A stretch of 64,000 nt of DNA from an uncultured delta proteobacterium (GTDB taxonomy: Bacteria; Desulfobacterota; Syntrophia; Syntrophales; UBA2185), in contig CAVSPA010000004.1 in the NCBI GenBank assembly GCA_963729715.1, positions 64,001 through 128,000 on the forward strand. The letters are read 5' to 3'. Every line of letters starts with the position of its first letter. Within the stretch, counting starts at the first letter, position 1. The translations under genes and the position numbers were made by a program. The notes beneath the pieces are model-generated. The model did not search any database. It had not been told where the DNA came from and saw nothing but the letters and a program-made list of their open reading frames with translations. Positions 48,304-57,625 of the stretch are shown here, piece by piece.

Positions 48304-51303
48304 TTAATTCTTCATTGTTCCATCAACAGGGAATAGCCGGGGCGCGTATACATAACCAAGCGTTCTCTTCAAATCGCGCTTTTTCTCTTTAACGTTGAAT
48401 ACCGCGTACCAGTCATCATCAAGGAAGTCCGCCTTGACCCTCTGTCCCGGTTGAAGCTGACTTCTTATCCGGGAGTCGATTGAACGGTCTGCCCTGACGT
48501 TGGTCTTGTCTTTCGCATACAGGATAACGCCCCAGTCCTTGTTATCGGCCGTCTTGGGAAGCGCCGCCTGCATGGGTATCGACTCCTTGGGAGGCGCTAA
48601 TTGTAAGGGTGTTGCCGGTGGCTGGCTGCTCTCAGCTACAGGTTTCTTTTCTTCTATGGATATTGGCTTTTCTTGAGGTTTTGTTTGCGTCGCACTTGCC
48701 GGCTGCTGCGTGTTCTCTTGAGAAGTTTTCTTTTCCTCACTGACAGGTTTTGGGGATTCACCCCAGGGCAAAATATTTTTTACATCGTATTGAATAACGC
48801 GGGTCTGAAACAGGATGCCGAGAATCAGGAATAAAAGAGCAAATAAGAAAATTACGATTTTCAATCCTGAAATTTTCGCTTCAGTTCTTTCTGGCGCTGG
48901 CTTCTGTGCCTCATCATGCTGCGTCGGTTTCGTTTCAACTTCGACCGCGGGCGCAGGTACAGCCATGGGTTCAGGTACGGGCGCAGCTACCGGTGCGGGT
49001 GCAGCTACAGAGGCAGGAGCGGGGGCAGCGGTAGGAGCAGGCTCTTCCTGCTTGACAGCCACTTTGGATACAATTGATTTGAGATAATCCGTTATCGTTT
49101 GAGGCAGCGCAGCGATCTTTTCTGCGAGCGATGGCTTTCGCAGTGTCTTATCACCGTAGTAGTAATAATACTTCTTGTCACGGTAAGCAAAATCAGGGCT
49201 GATATCCGCTTTTAAACCGTTGAGGACAACACCAAAAATTTTCGCACCCACATGGTCAAGCTGTGCCTTGGCCCGCTTGAGGGCGCCTCTGGCAATTTTT
49301 CCCACCTGATATACAATGATTGCGCCGTCTGCGACGGAACTCCATATCGATGCCTCGGTAGCGGCCAATACGGGAGGTGCATCTATCAGTATAATGTCAT
49401 ATTCCGAAGAGGCCTGCTTGATAAGTTCAGGCACGAGCTTTGAGTTGACGAGCTCGGCGGGATTGGGGGCCGCCGAGCCGCCGGTGATTATGTGGAGATT
49501 GTCCATACCGGGGGTCAGCATAATCTCATCCATGCTCATCTTGCCCGTTATAAAATCTGTGATTGTCCTGACAACACTCCTCCATTCATAGTTGCCTAAA
49601 ATTACATCGGCCAGTCCGGGCACAGGTTCGATGCCAAACAGCTTAGCTATGACGGCCCTCCTGAGGTCTCCTTCAATGAGGAGCACCTTGCTGCCGCCCT
49701 GAGCCATGGTTATGGCAAGATTGACGGCTACGGTAGTCTTGCCTTCCTCGGGTGAAGAACTCGTGAAAACTACCGACTTTATGCTCTTATCGAGATTCAG
49801 AAAATTAAGGTTTGTCCTGAGGGCCCTGTAATTTTCCGCCGAGGTTGATGAAGGCAGGAAGTGCGATATGAGCCTATTCGTTTTCTTTATAGTATCGTCA
49901 TCTGGTGTTTTAGAGTATTTGTCCTGAAGAGTCGCCTTGAGTTCATCATGGTTGACCTGCGGTATAATCCCCAGGACTCTTACGCCCAGAAAGTCTTCCA
50001 CTTCTTCGATGGCCTCGAATGATGTATCGAAGGTTTCCATGATGAACGCGAAGACAATGCCCATAATCAGTCCGATAATCAATCCGATAATTGTATGGGA
50101 AGTAACCTTGGGCGGATTGACAGGTGTTGTGGGTTCAAGGGCCGGCCTTACGACCTTTACCTCTTCTATCTTTTCCGCCTCTTGAATCAATGCCTCCTGA
50201 TACTTCTTTTGCAGCAGGGAATACACTTCCCTGTTAACGCCCGCCTCCCTCTCCAGTCTGACCAGTTCCAGACCTTTTTCCGGAAGCTTCCGGAGCTGCT
50301 CGTCCGTAGCGCCGATCTGCTGCTTTAAACTCCTGATGTTTGATTCCAGATACCTTTTCTGCGAGGACAATTGCGACCGCATGCTCGTGATTATTTCATG
50401 GGACTGATTCTTGATTTCGTGAATCTGAGGGAAGGCTTCTGTATATGTAAGAAGAAGGGTGTCCCTCTCGAGCATGAGCTGAACTAATTTGTCATTGAGG
50501 TTCTTATAGATCGGCGTTGCTTCCTCAAAATAGAAAGAGCTTTTTGATGTGAGAGGTTTCTCTTCGGCTGTCGCAAGGGCTTGTTCCACCGCACTGACCT
50601 TCTGAAGTGTTGACGTGTCAAGATCGTATTGGGCCTGGAGTTTGGATGATTGGGCGAGTGAGGCCGTGGACTGCGCGTCAATGGATATCAGTTTGCTGTT
50701 CTCTCTGTAATCCCGCACCTGATCTTCTGATTTGGCGACTTTCTCCCTCACGATGTTGAGCTGATTTTCTATAAATGTCTTGGCCTCGAATGTCCTCTTG
50801 TTGATATCGACCAGATGCTCTTCTTTATAGACCTGAGCGATCGTGTTGGCGAAACGTTGCGCAAACTTGGGGTCTTCAGATGTCACGTTTATGGTGATAA
50901 TATCGGTATTGCCTTCTTGTTCCGTTGTGACGTTAGCCTTAAGATCCAATATAACCCTGAGATATTCGCTATTGCTGCGTATCTGTTCGGAAGTAAGATT
51001 GGCCGGTATCAAATTGAGCTTTTTGGCAACTGACTCCAAGATAATGTAGCTCCTTATCACGGAAGCCTGCGTCTCCAGGTAATTGGTGGAAGACCACGGA
51101 AAAGTTTGTGAGTAGAGGCCGGTGAGTGAGCCGGTCTTTTCAATCTTGATGCTGGCGCTTGTTTTATATATGGGGAGAGGCTGTCCCAATAGGGCCCAGA
51201 CAAGACTGAAAAATGCCATCGACGCCGCTGTAAAGAGGACAATGAACTTCCGCTTTCTGACGGTGCGCCAGTAATCTCTCAGATTAAGATCATATTGGGC
51301 CAT
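48304..51303 (-). CDS. wzc: Wzc-type polysaccharide co-polymerase / tyrosine autokinase with long C-terminal extension
   Basis: Probable start MAQYDLNL after GGAGA; ENYRALRTN, SSSPEEGKTT, IEGDLRR, IDAPP, Tyr cluster YRDKKYYYYY. Confidence 0.9.
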   Translation of the reverse strand: MAQYDLNLRDYWRTVRKRKFIVLFTAASMAFFSLVWALLGQPLPIYKTSASIKIEKTGSLTGLYSQTFPWSSTNYLETQASVIRSYIILESVAKKLNLIPANLTSEQIRSNSEYLRVILDLKANVTTEQEGNTDIITINVTSEDPKFAQRFANTIAQVYKEEHLVDINKRTFEAKTFIENQLNIVREKVAKSEDQVRDYRENSKLISIDAQSTASLAQSSKLQAQYDLDTSTLQKVSAVEQALATAEEKPLTSKSSFYFEEATPIYKNLNDKLVQLMLERDTLLLTYTEAFPQIHEIKNQSHEIITSMRSQLSSQKRYLESNIRSLKQQIGATDEQLRKLPEKGLELVRLEREAGVNREVYSLLQKKYQEALIQEAEKIEEVKVVRPALEPTTPVNPPKVTSHTIIGLIIGLIMGIVFAFIMETFDTSFEAIEEVEDFLGVRVLGIIPQVNHDELKATLQDKYSKTPDDDTIKKTNRLISHFLPSSTSAENYRALRTNLNFLNLDKSIKSVVFTSSSPEEGKTTVAVNLAITMAQGGSKVLLIEGDLRRAVIAKLFGIEPVPGLADVILGNYEWRSVVRTITDFITGKMSMDEIMLTPGMDNLHIITGGSAAPNPAELVNSKLVPELIKQASSEYDIILIDAPPVLAATEASIWSSVADGAIIVYQVGKIARGALKRAKAQLDHVGAKIFGVVLNGLKADISPDFAYRDKKYYYYYGDKTLRKPSLAEKIAALPQTITDYLKSIVSKVAVKQEEPAPTAAPAPASVAAPAPVAAPVPEPMAVPAPAVEVETKPTQHDEAQKPAPERTEAKISGLKIVIFLFALLFLILGILFQTRVIQYDVKNILPWGESPKPVSEEKKTSQENTQQPASATQTKPQEKPISIEEKKPVAESSQPPATPLQLAPPKESIPMQAALPKTADNKDWGVILYAKDKTNVRADRSIDSRIRSQLQPGQRVKADFLDDDWYAVFNVKEKKRDLKRTLGYVYAPRLFPVDGTMKN

Positions 51304-51317
51304 TGCGCGTGATTCTC

Positions 51318-52508
51318 CTAAAACTGCAGAGCGGAAGGGTTTCTTAACCACTGATCCCTGAGGGGGGCAGGATATTGATACAAGTACTGCAAAAGAGGTG
51401 TCGTGTTGATGATGAATTCATTGATATCGCCTATAACCCTTCTCGGCACGTAAACAAGATCACCGTCTTTAAGCTTTATATTCTGGGACAGGTCCCCTTG
51501 CTTCAGAATTTGATCCAGGTTGGCGGATAGGATAATCGGCTTCCCTCCGCGCTCCTTGTATTCCCTTATTATCTTTATATCTGAATTTATTGCTATCAGG
51601 GTGTAACTCCCGGCATCAGCCATAGCTGCCAGGAGGTCAGGCGCATCCTTCAGCCTGTATATACCCGGCCTGTTGACCTCGCCGAAGACATACACCCTTT
51701 CACCGTAAAAGGGCAGTTCCGGAACGGTGACTATGTCGCCATCGTCTATGATTACATTTTGGGAAACGTCCCCTTTGAACATGGCATTATAAAGATTGAC
51801 CACGTACCTCTTACCCTTTCGGAGTATTTCCACATTTCTGAGATCAGCATTTCCCGGGCTAACGCCGGTGATACCAATGTCCTTGCCTGTTATCGGGCCG
51901 CCGGCAGACACGATGAGATCAAGAATCGTGGTCTTTCCAGTAAGAGGGTACTTTCCGGGACCGGATGTCCCCGTCGAAAGGACGTTGATCTGGCCGAAGA
52001 GCAGGGCTGTCTTACTTTTGTAATCTTTTACGATAACTTCAATTCGAGGATTCCTGATGTATTGTTTTAGTTGATTCGTCAGTATTTCTCTGACCTCGTT
52101 GACGGTGTGACCTGCAACGGGGATGTCATCACCGAACAAATAGGAGATCTTGCCCTCCTGTCTGACCACGACCGTGTAAGTATTCTGTTTGAAGCCTTCT
52201 TCGGTGCGGGCCGTTGTAATTGTGTATGGGATCCAGTAGTTGATCGTGAGGATATCACCCGGCCCTATAAGATATTCAGGCACGCCATGCCTTAGTGTAA
52301 AGACGCTGTTTTCCGTGACCTGGCTCATCTTCACGATTTCTTCCATTTCCTTCTGTTCAGCTAGGCGCTGCGCAGGCGTCACAACCCCGGATGTTTCAGA
52401 AAAAGTCTTGACAGGTATGCCGCGGGCCTCAAATGTGCAGGCAGATAAAAGCAGAGTTGCGAAGCACGAAATATATGCGAGGAGTTTGATTTTACCTATG
52501 TATAACAT
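51318..52508 (-). CDS. wza: Polysaccharide export lipoprotein (Wza/OPX) with SLBB domains
   Basis: Lipobox LSAC; YLIGPGDIL; VFGEVNRPG; LKDGDLVYVP. Confidence 0.9.
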   Translation of the reverse strand: MLYIGKIKLLAYISCFATLLLSACTFEARGIPVKTFSETSGVVTPAQRLAEQKEMEEIVKMSQVTENSVFTLRHGVPEYLIGPGDILTINYWIPYTITTARTEEGFKQNTYTVVVRQEGKISYLFGDDIPVAGHTVNEVREILTNQLKQYIRNPRIEVIVKDYKSKTALLFGQINVLSTGTSGPGKYPLTGKTTILDLIVSAGGPITGKDIGITGVSPGNADLRNVEILRKGKRYVVNLYNAMFKGDVSQNVIIDDGDIVTVPELPFYGERVYVFGEVNRPGIYRLKDAPDLLAAMADAGSYTLIAINSDIKIIREYKERGGKPIILSANLDQILKQGDLSQNIKLKDGDLVYVPRRVIGDINEFIINTTPLLQYLYQYPAPLRDQWLRNPSALQF

Positions 52509-52539
52509 TTTGCTTTACTCCTGATTGGACATTAGCTCT

Positions 52540-52645
52540 GGATTCCTGCTGGAGCCTGACCTCGAATTTATTAATCGGGGGCGGGAATGGCAGACCTTCC
52601 TTTCTTGTCATTTCGACCGAAGGGAGAAATCTTAGGGATTCCTCA
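52540..52645. repeat. 52-bp palindromic unit plus GTCATTTCGA unit
   Basis: 52540-52591 is similar to 47605-47656 and 53929-53980. Confidence 0.7.
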
Positions 52646-52687
52646 TCATAATCTAATTTTTTAAATTCATAAAAATAATGGCTTAAG

Positions 52688-54130
52688 TCAAGGCCTTTTT
52701 AATTTTTTTTCAGGTGACGGTAAAAAGCTGAAAATATGGGAAACGATCTCCCGTACACGGGCTGTATAGTATGATTTCAGGGTTACACCGTCCCTGACAC
52801 AAAGTCTTTGAAGAAGTATTTGGCGAGGCGGGAACAAAGTCCTGAATAAGAATTTGATCTTATCGGAGAGTGTTCTATTCATGGCCAGGTAAATAAAATA
52901 GCTGCTGCCCCGGATGCGGCGGTTGGTAGTCTGGAGTCTCAGGAAGAATCTTTCACCGAGAGATAAATCCGGCGGCGTCAGTTTCCTCGGGCTTTCTTCA
53001 GGTATAAACGCTCTTGCATAGGCCTTAACGATGGAGAGGCTGAGATAGACCAATCGGTCCAGATTAAAACGGCGGCTTTCTTCGACAAGTAAATCCCAAT
53101 CAATATTTTTTTCATAGGCTTTAAGGGCGTAGGATATATCCGTTATGAGTATGAGGCGATCGAAGGAGTGGCCTATCCTGAGGGCGTGTTCGCAGAGATA
53201 GATGATAAGGTGTTCGGGGCATAACATATATACGTCGGCATCTGCCACCCTCGCGGGAACCGCCTTTTCCCATATGCGCCCGATATCGACATGTTTGGCA
53301 AACATCGTTGCTGGCACTGAACTGTTTACTATGTGCCAGTGAACATGAAGATTTAAGGGGGAGCCATTTTCTTTTCGGTATTCGAGGCTGGCAAGATAGC
53401 CTTCCGGATTGTTTATGGCCCTCGCAACGGAACTGTCTCTTGCGATATATCCCTGAGAGGACAAGAGCTCATCGACATCATAGAGGTCAGTTTTCTTGAC
53501 CAGAATATCGATGTCTGACATTCCCCTCATCGCGATGGCGGGATAGATGTGTTCCGCAAGGGCTATGCCTTTAAGAACAATGCAGAGGATCCCGGATTCC
53601 TTAAGAAGGGTGAGGATACTTTTCAACTCACCGATGATGGAAAGGTTTCTTCTTAGATTGTTGTAATACTGTTCGGATAGCGCAGCTCTGACTGCCGGGG
53701 GCACGAGATGTTCCGCTTTGTTATTTTTTAAATTGTGAAATATTGTTTCGACAACGCCCTCCTGCCTCATCTTCACAACAATATAGTCCCAGTCGTACTC
53801 CGTGCTATCCTTTGCATACAAAGAGAGAGATTGATTTTTGGAATCCAACTTCTGTAACCTTTGCACAACTCCTCTATTTGTCATTCCGGGCTTGACTCGG
53901 AAATTGGAGCATACTTCTTGATAATACTGGATTCCCGCTGGAGCCGGTCCTCGAATGTCCTTATCGGGGACGGGAATGACAAAATTGCTGGTCTTAAGCA
54001 GTTCTGAAAAGGTCTCCTTCTGTGAGTCCTTATTAGGTAAGTCAAAAAGGAGACTTAGGATTAATTTGTCGCAATCTTGGCAGTTGATGGCAAAGCTCCG
54101 CTCTCTAAAGTCACGGCTTCTCGTAAACAT
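52688..54130 (-). CDS. Nucleotidyltransferase family protein (NTP_transf_5-like) containing an in-frame MITE
   Basis: LKGIALAEHIYP, RGMSDIDILV, LHVHW, YLCEH motifs. Confidence 0.85.
   Translation of the reverse strand: MFTRSRDFRERSFAINCQDCDKLILSLLFDLPNKDSQKETFSELLKTSNFVIPVPDKDIRGPAPAGIQYYQEVCSNFRVKPGMTNRGVVQRLQKLDSKNQSLSLYAKDSTEYDWDYIVVKMRQEGVVETIFHNLKNNKAEHLVPPAVRAALSEQYYNNLRRNLSIIGELKSILTLLKESGILCIVLKGIALAEHIYPAIAMRGMSDIDILVKKTDLYDVDELLSSQGYIARDSSVARAINNPEGYLASLEYRKENGSPLNLHVHWHIVNSSVPATMFAKHVDIGRIWEKAVPARVADADVYMLCPEHLIIYLCEHALRIGHSFDRLILITDISYALKAYEKNIDWDLLVEESRRFNLDRLVYLSLSIVKAYARAFIPEESPRKLTPPDLSLGERFFLRLQTTNRRIRGSSYFIYLAMNRTLSDKIKFLFRTLFPPRQILLQRLCVRDGVTLKSYYTARVREIVSHIFSFLPSPEKKLKRP
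53856..54016. mobile_element. 161-bp MITE-like element inserted in frame in the nucleotidyltransferase gene
   Basis: Imperfect TIRs AACCTTTGCACAACT / AGTTCTGAAAAGGTCTC; 7-bp direct repeat CTTCTGT at 53849-53855 and 54017-54023; internal GTCATTCC..GGAATGAC repeat. Confidence 0.75.
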
Positions 54131-54263
54131 AGATACTCCCTCTCACGCATATGAGAAGGAGTACCTGTAAAAAGTAGTGTCTATCAAAATAGGTTTCAAT
54201 TTAAAATACAATATATTATAATAGATTAGATGCAAGAAGTAAATAGGTTCTGAGGATGGTGGG

Positions 54264-54572
54264 ATGGAAGAGTTTTTGAAGGATATCGAACTTTTGTCAA
54301 GGAATACGGATTGTATTTTCAGGGAAGAGGAAGACGGGGCCTTTCTGTTCGATCCGGAAAGCGGGAATCTTAAATTTATCAATAGCATGGGCGTTAATAT
54401 CTATCAGCTCTGCGACGGTAAAATGACTGTGGGAGACATCACATCATTGGTAAGCGAAAATTATAAAGACATTTCGAGCAAGAAGATCGAGGACGATATA
54501 AAGGTTTTTTTGCAAGAGCTTGTAAAAATGGAGTTTTTAAAAAGAGAAGAAACCGGTCATGACGGGAAATAA
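54264..54572 (+). CDS. PqqD-family RiPP recognition element (ScmD-like)
   Basis: REEEDGAFLFDPESG...IN.MG..IYQLCDG.MTV.DI...DIKVFLQEL. Confidence 0.9.
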   Translation: MEEFLKDIELLSRNTDCIFREEEDGAFLFDPESGNLKFINSMGVNIYQLCDGKMTVGDITSLVSENYKDISSKKIEDDIKVFLQELVKMEFLKREETGHDGK

Positions 54573-55641
54573 TGCAGCGTATTCGTTAAACTCCATTTAT
54601 CTTTATCTTACGGACAGATGTAATCTGAGGTGCAGGCACTGCTGGATTGAACCTCTATATTATGAAGGCCGCAAAGACGACAGCACTGAATTTGACCTGA
54701 AATTTCTCAAAAAGGCGATTGAAGATGCGAAAGAGATTGGCCTTAACCGTGTTAAGCTGACAGGCGGCGAGCCTTTTTTGAGAAGAGACATACTTGATAT
54801 CATCGCGTATCTTCATGCTCAAAACATTACAGTGGATATAGAGACAAACGGCACCCTCATAGACAAGGAGATTTGCGCAGTTCTAAAAGCTAATGGCGTT
54901 AATCAGGTATCCGTCAGCCTTGACAGCATGACGGCAGAGCAGCATGAAACATTCCGCGGGGTCAAAGGTTGTTACCATGATGCCTTGAAAGGGCTTTCAC
55001 TGCTCACAGAAAGTGGCATAAACACTCAGCTCATAATGACCCTCTATAAGGAAAATATATCGGAGATTGAAAGGCTGGTTGATCTTTCTTCCCGGATGGG
55101 TGTCGGTTCTGTTAAGATAAACCCTGTCATGCCCACGGGGCGAGGCAAGAAATTTTTTGAAAAAGAAGAAAATGTTGAGTTCGGCGATCTAATAAAGATT
55201 GACAGATGGATTGAAGAAGAATTAGTGTCAAAATACAAAATTGATATACACTTTGATATCCCCATAGGTCTTAAGTCGCTTAAATGCATAAGAACGAGAC
55301 AATTGTTCGAGTGCAATATTGTAAATATAATCGGCATACTCTCCGACGGCACAATTTCCCTGTGCGGCATCGGCCAGACGGAGACTGCTCTTAATATGGG
55401 CAACATTGCGGTAGACGATATACGTGAAGTGTGGGCAAGTAATCCCATCCTGCAGAAATTGAGAAAGGACATACCGCGCAATTTAGAGGGCATATGCGGC
55501 CGCTGCATATTCAAGTTCAGATGCCGGGGGGCGTGCAGGGCCTGTGCATACGGCTTAACAGGAAGTCTTAATAGTCCCTTCTTTGTCTGCCGTGAGGCAT
55601 ATGAAAAGGGACTGTTTCTGGAATCCAGGATGATCAATTAA
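54559..55641 (+). CDS. Radical SAM/SPASM peptide maturase (SynChlorMet ScmF-like)
   Basis: YLTDRCNLRCRHCWIEP, TGGEP, ETNG; SPASM CGRCIFKFRCRGAC (Cx2Cx5Cx3C). Confidence 0.9.
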   Translation: MTGNNAAYSLNSIYLYLTDRCNLRCRHCWIEPLYYEGRKDDSTEFDLKFLKKAIEDAKEIGLNRVKLTGGEPFLRRDILDIIAYLHAQNITVDIETNGTLIDKEICAVLKANGVNQVSVSLDSMTAEQHETFRGVKGCYHDALKGLSLLTESGINTQLIMTLYKENISEIERLVDLSSRMGVGSVKINPVMPTGRGKKFFEKEENVEFGDLIKIDRWIEEELVSKYKIDIHFDIPIGLKSLKCIRTRQLFECNIVNIIGILSDGTISLCGIGQTETALNMGNIAVDDIREVWASNPILQKLRKDIPRNLEGICGRCIFKFRCRGACRACAYGLTGSLNSPFFVCREAYEKGLFLESRMIN

Positions 55642-55660
55642 GGATTGAGTGAGGTAACAA

Positions 55661-56698
55661 ATGACTCGCAGCTATGACTTGATTAAAGATAATAATAAGG
55701 GAGAGGGAGACGGGCCTCTTCGCCTGAGTGACATTGAAAACCTTAAGTCCCAGGAAGGCAAATCATACGAGACTCCGGAAGAGCGTTCAGCGCAGGATGA
55801 AAAAGAGGTTGATAATGCCGAGAGACTCTATGCGGGCTTCCAGAAATACATGCGCGATGTCAGGGAGGAGGTTAAGACCAATCAACCCATTGAGCTTGAG
55901 GCGGCATTCTCGCTGATTGAGCAGCTCACGAAATCAAGAAGTATGATGGAAAGAGTTTATCAGTTAACCAATACCTTTTACCATGGTAAGGACTACTATA
56001 TCTCTCATCCCGTAAATACAATGATATATGCCGTAAAGGTCGGGCTGCGGATGGGATATTCCCGTGACAAACTCAAAGAACTCGCTATGGCAGCACTTCT
56101 TCACGATGTAGGAATGTTTATGATTCCTGAAAATATCATAACCAAGGAAGGGGCATTGACCGAATCTGAATTGGCTCTGATAAAGAGACATCCTGAGCTC
56201 GGGAAAAATCTCCTGTTCAAGTTTAAGGATCAGTTACCCTGGCTTGCCCGCGCCGTTCATGAACATCAGGAAAGAGAAAATGGCAAGGGATATCCGAGGG
56301 GAATTAAAGGAGATGACATTGCGGAGTACGCGAAGATTATAGGCATATGTGATTCGTATGAGGCGATGACGCACAACCGTCCCCACAAGAAGGCTATCAT
56401 GCAATTTACCTCAGTGAGGGAATTGATAGAAACAAAGGACCTTCTGTTTCCCACAAAGATACTTAGAGCATTTCTTGAGGAGTTATCCCTGTATCCGATA
56501 GGAAGTTGCGTAAAATTGAATAACAATGCAATTGGAAGGGTCATTGACACCAATAAAGACCAGCCCATGAAACCGATAATCAAACTCCTTTTTGACGGCC
56601 ACGGGAATGCAGTGACTGACGAAAGGATCATAGACTTGAAAGAGAATACTGTATTGAATATTCTCGGCGGCGTGTCAGATGACGAATTGCCAGGCTAA
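55661..56698 (+). CDS. HD-GYP domain protein (cyclic-dinucleotide phosphodiesterase-like)
   Basis: LLHDVG, KRHP..G, HQERENGKGYP, DSYEAM..RP. Confidence 0.9.
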   Translation: MTRSYDLIKDNNKGEGDGPLRLSDIENLKSQEGKSYETPEERSAQDEKEVDNAERLYAGFQKYMRDVREEVKTNQPIELEAAFSLIEQLTKSRSMMERVYQLTNTFYHGKDYYISHPVNTMIYAVKVGLRMGYSRDKLKELAMAALLHDVGMFMIPENIITKEGALTESELALIKRHPELGKNLLFKFKDQLPWLARAVHEHQERENGKGYPRGIKGDDIAEYAKIIGICDSYEAMTHNRPHKKAIMQFTSVRELIETKDLLFPTKILRAFLEELSLYPIGSCVKLNNNAIGRVIDTNKDQPMKPIIKLLFDGHGNAVTDERIIDLKENTVLNILGGVSDDELPG

Positions 56699-57598
56699 AT
56701 GGAAGAACTGATTCTCTCCATAGCGGACCTTGCCATTGCCGTTCGTGCGGAGAAACACATAAAAGTTTTATTAGAACCTTTAACTAAACTCTTCAGCGGA
56801 TTTCTAAATGATGCCGGTAAACCAGCCGCGTTCCTGAATTTAACTTACGATCGTCTCCGTACATATCCGAACTTTAAAGACATGACTGTCAATGTGCTTG
56901 CGGGAAACTGCGGGGAAAGCAACGAATTGATTAATCAGGTGGGGAAAGTTTACCCGATATCAAGAGATTCTATAGTCGTCGGGTATTTAAATGGATGCCT
57001 CGCGTATAATCCGTCATCCAGTGAGGCCTGTCTGCTTCTCTTCAGGTCGCATGATCAGAACAATTTCACGGCAACTCTTCATAAGATGCTGTTCATCTTT
57101 ATTTCTTTCGTCCTGGGTGAAAGAAACAGATTCATGGTGCACGGTGCAGGAATAGGGGAGAAACAGGGTGGGGGAGGCTTTCTCTTCCTCGGCGATTCAG
57201 GTGCGGGAAAAACAACCGTTGCGGGTTTTGCCGGTGTGGATGCAGTGCTTTCGGATGACGCTCCCGTTATCGGCAAAGAAGACGGCGTTTACAACATATA
57301 TTCATCACCCTTCAGCCAAGTAAATTTGTTTGACGAAAGATCAAGCGATTACTTCCGGAAGAAGGTTCAATTAAGGAAGCTTTTGTTCTTAAATAAGGCA
57401 GATGAGATTGCGGTAACGGCGCGGCAACGACATTCCGCCCTGACGGAAATATTAACATCGCACGTGCATTCGTTTGATCTGATGGACCGGGACTTGAGAA
57501 TAGGTGCTTTTAACTTTTGCCATGACCTATGTTACAGCATACCTGCGTATGACCTCTATTTTCAGGAGAATAATAAATTCTGGGATGCTTTGAACTAA
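56699..57598 (+). CDS. HPr-kinase-related P-loop protein (ScmC-like)
   Basis: VHGAGI...LFLGDSGAGKTT...LSDD.P...SPF. Confidence 0.8.
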   Translation: MEELILSIADLAIAVRAEKHIKVLLEPLTKLFSGFLNDAGKPAAFLNLTYDRLRTYPNFKDMTVNVLAGNCGESNELINQVGKVYPISRDSIVVGYLNGCLAYNPSSSEACLLLFRSHDQNNFTATLHKMLFIFISFVLGERNRFMVHGAGIGEKQGGGGFLFLGDSGAGKTTVAGFAGVDAVLSDDAPVIGKEDGVYNIYSSPFSQVNLFDERSSDYFRKKVQLRKLLFLNKADEIAVTARQRHSALTEILTSHVHSFDLMDRDLRIGAFNFCHDLCYSIPAYDLYFQENNKFWDALN

Positions 57599-57625
57599 AA
57601 AGCTGTGATTCTGCCATGCCGTCGC

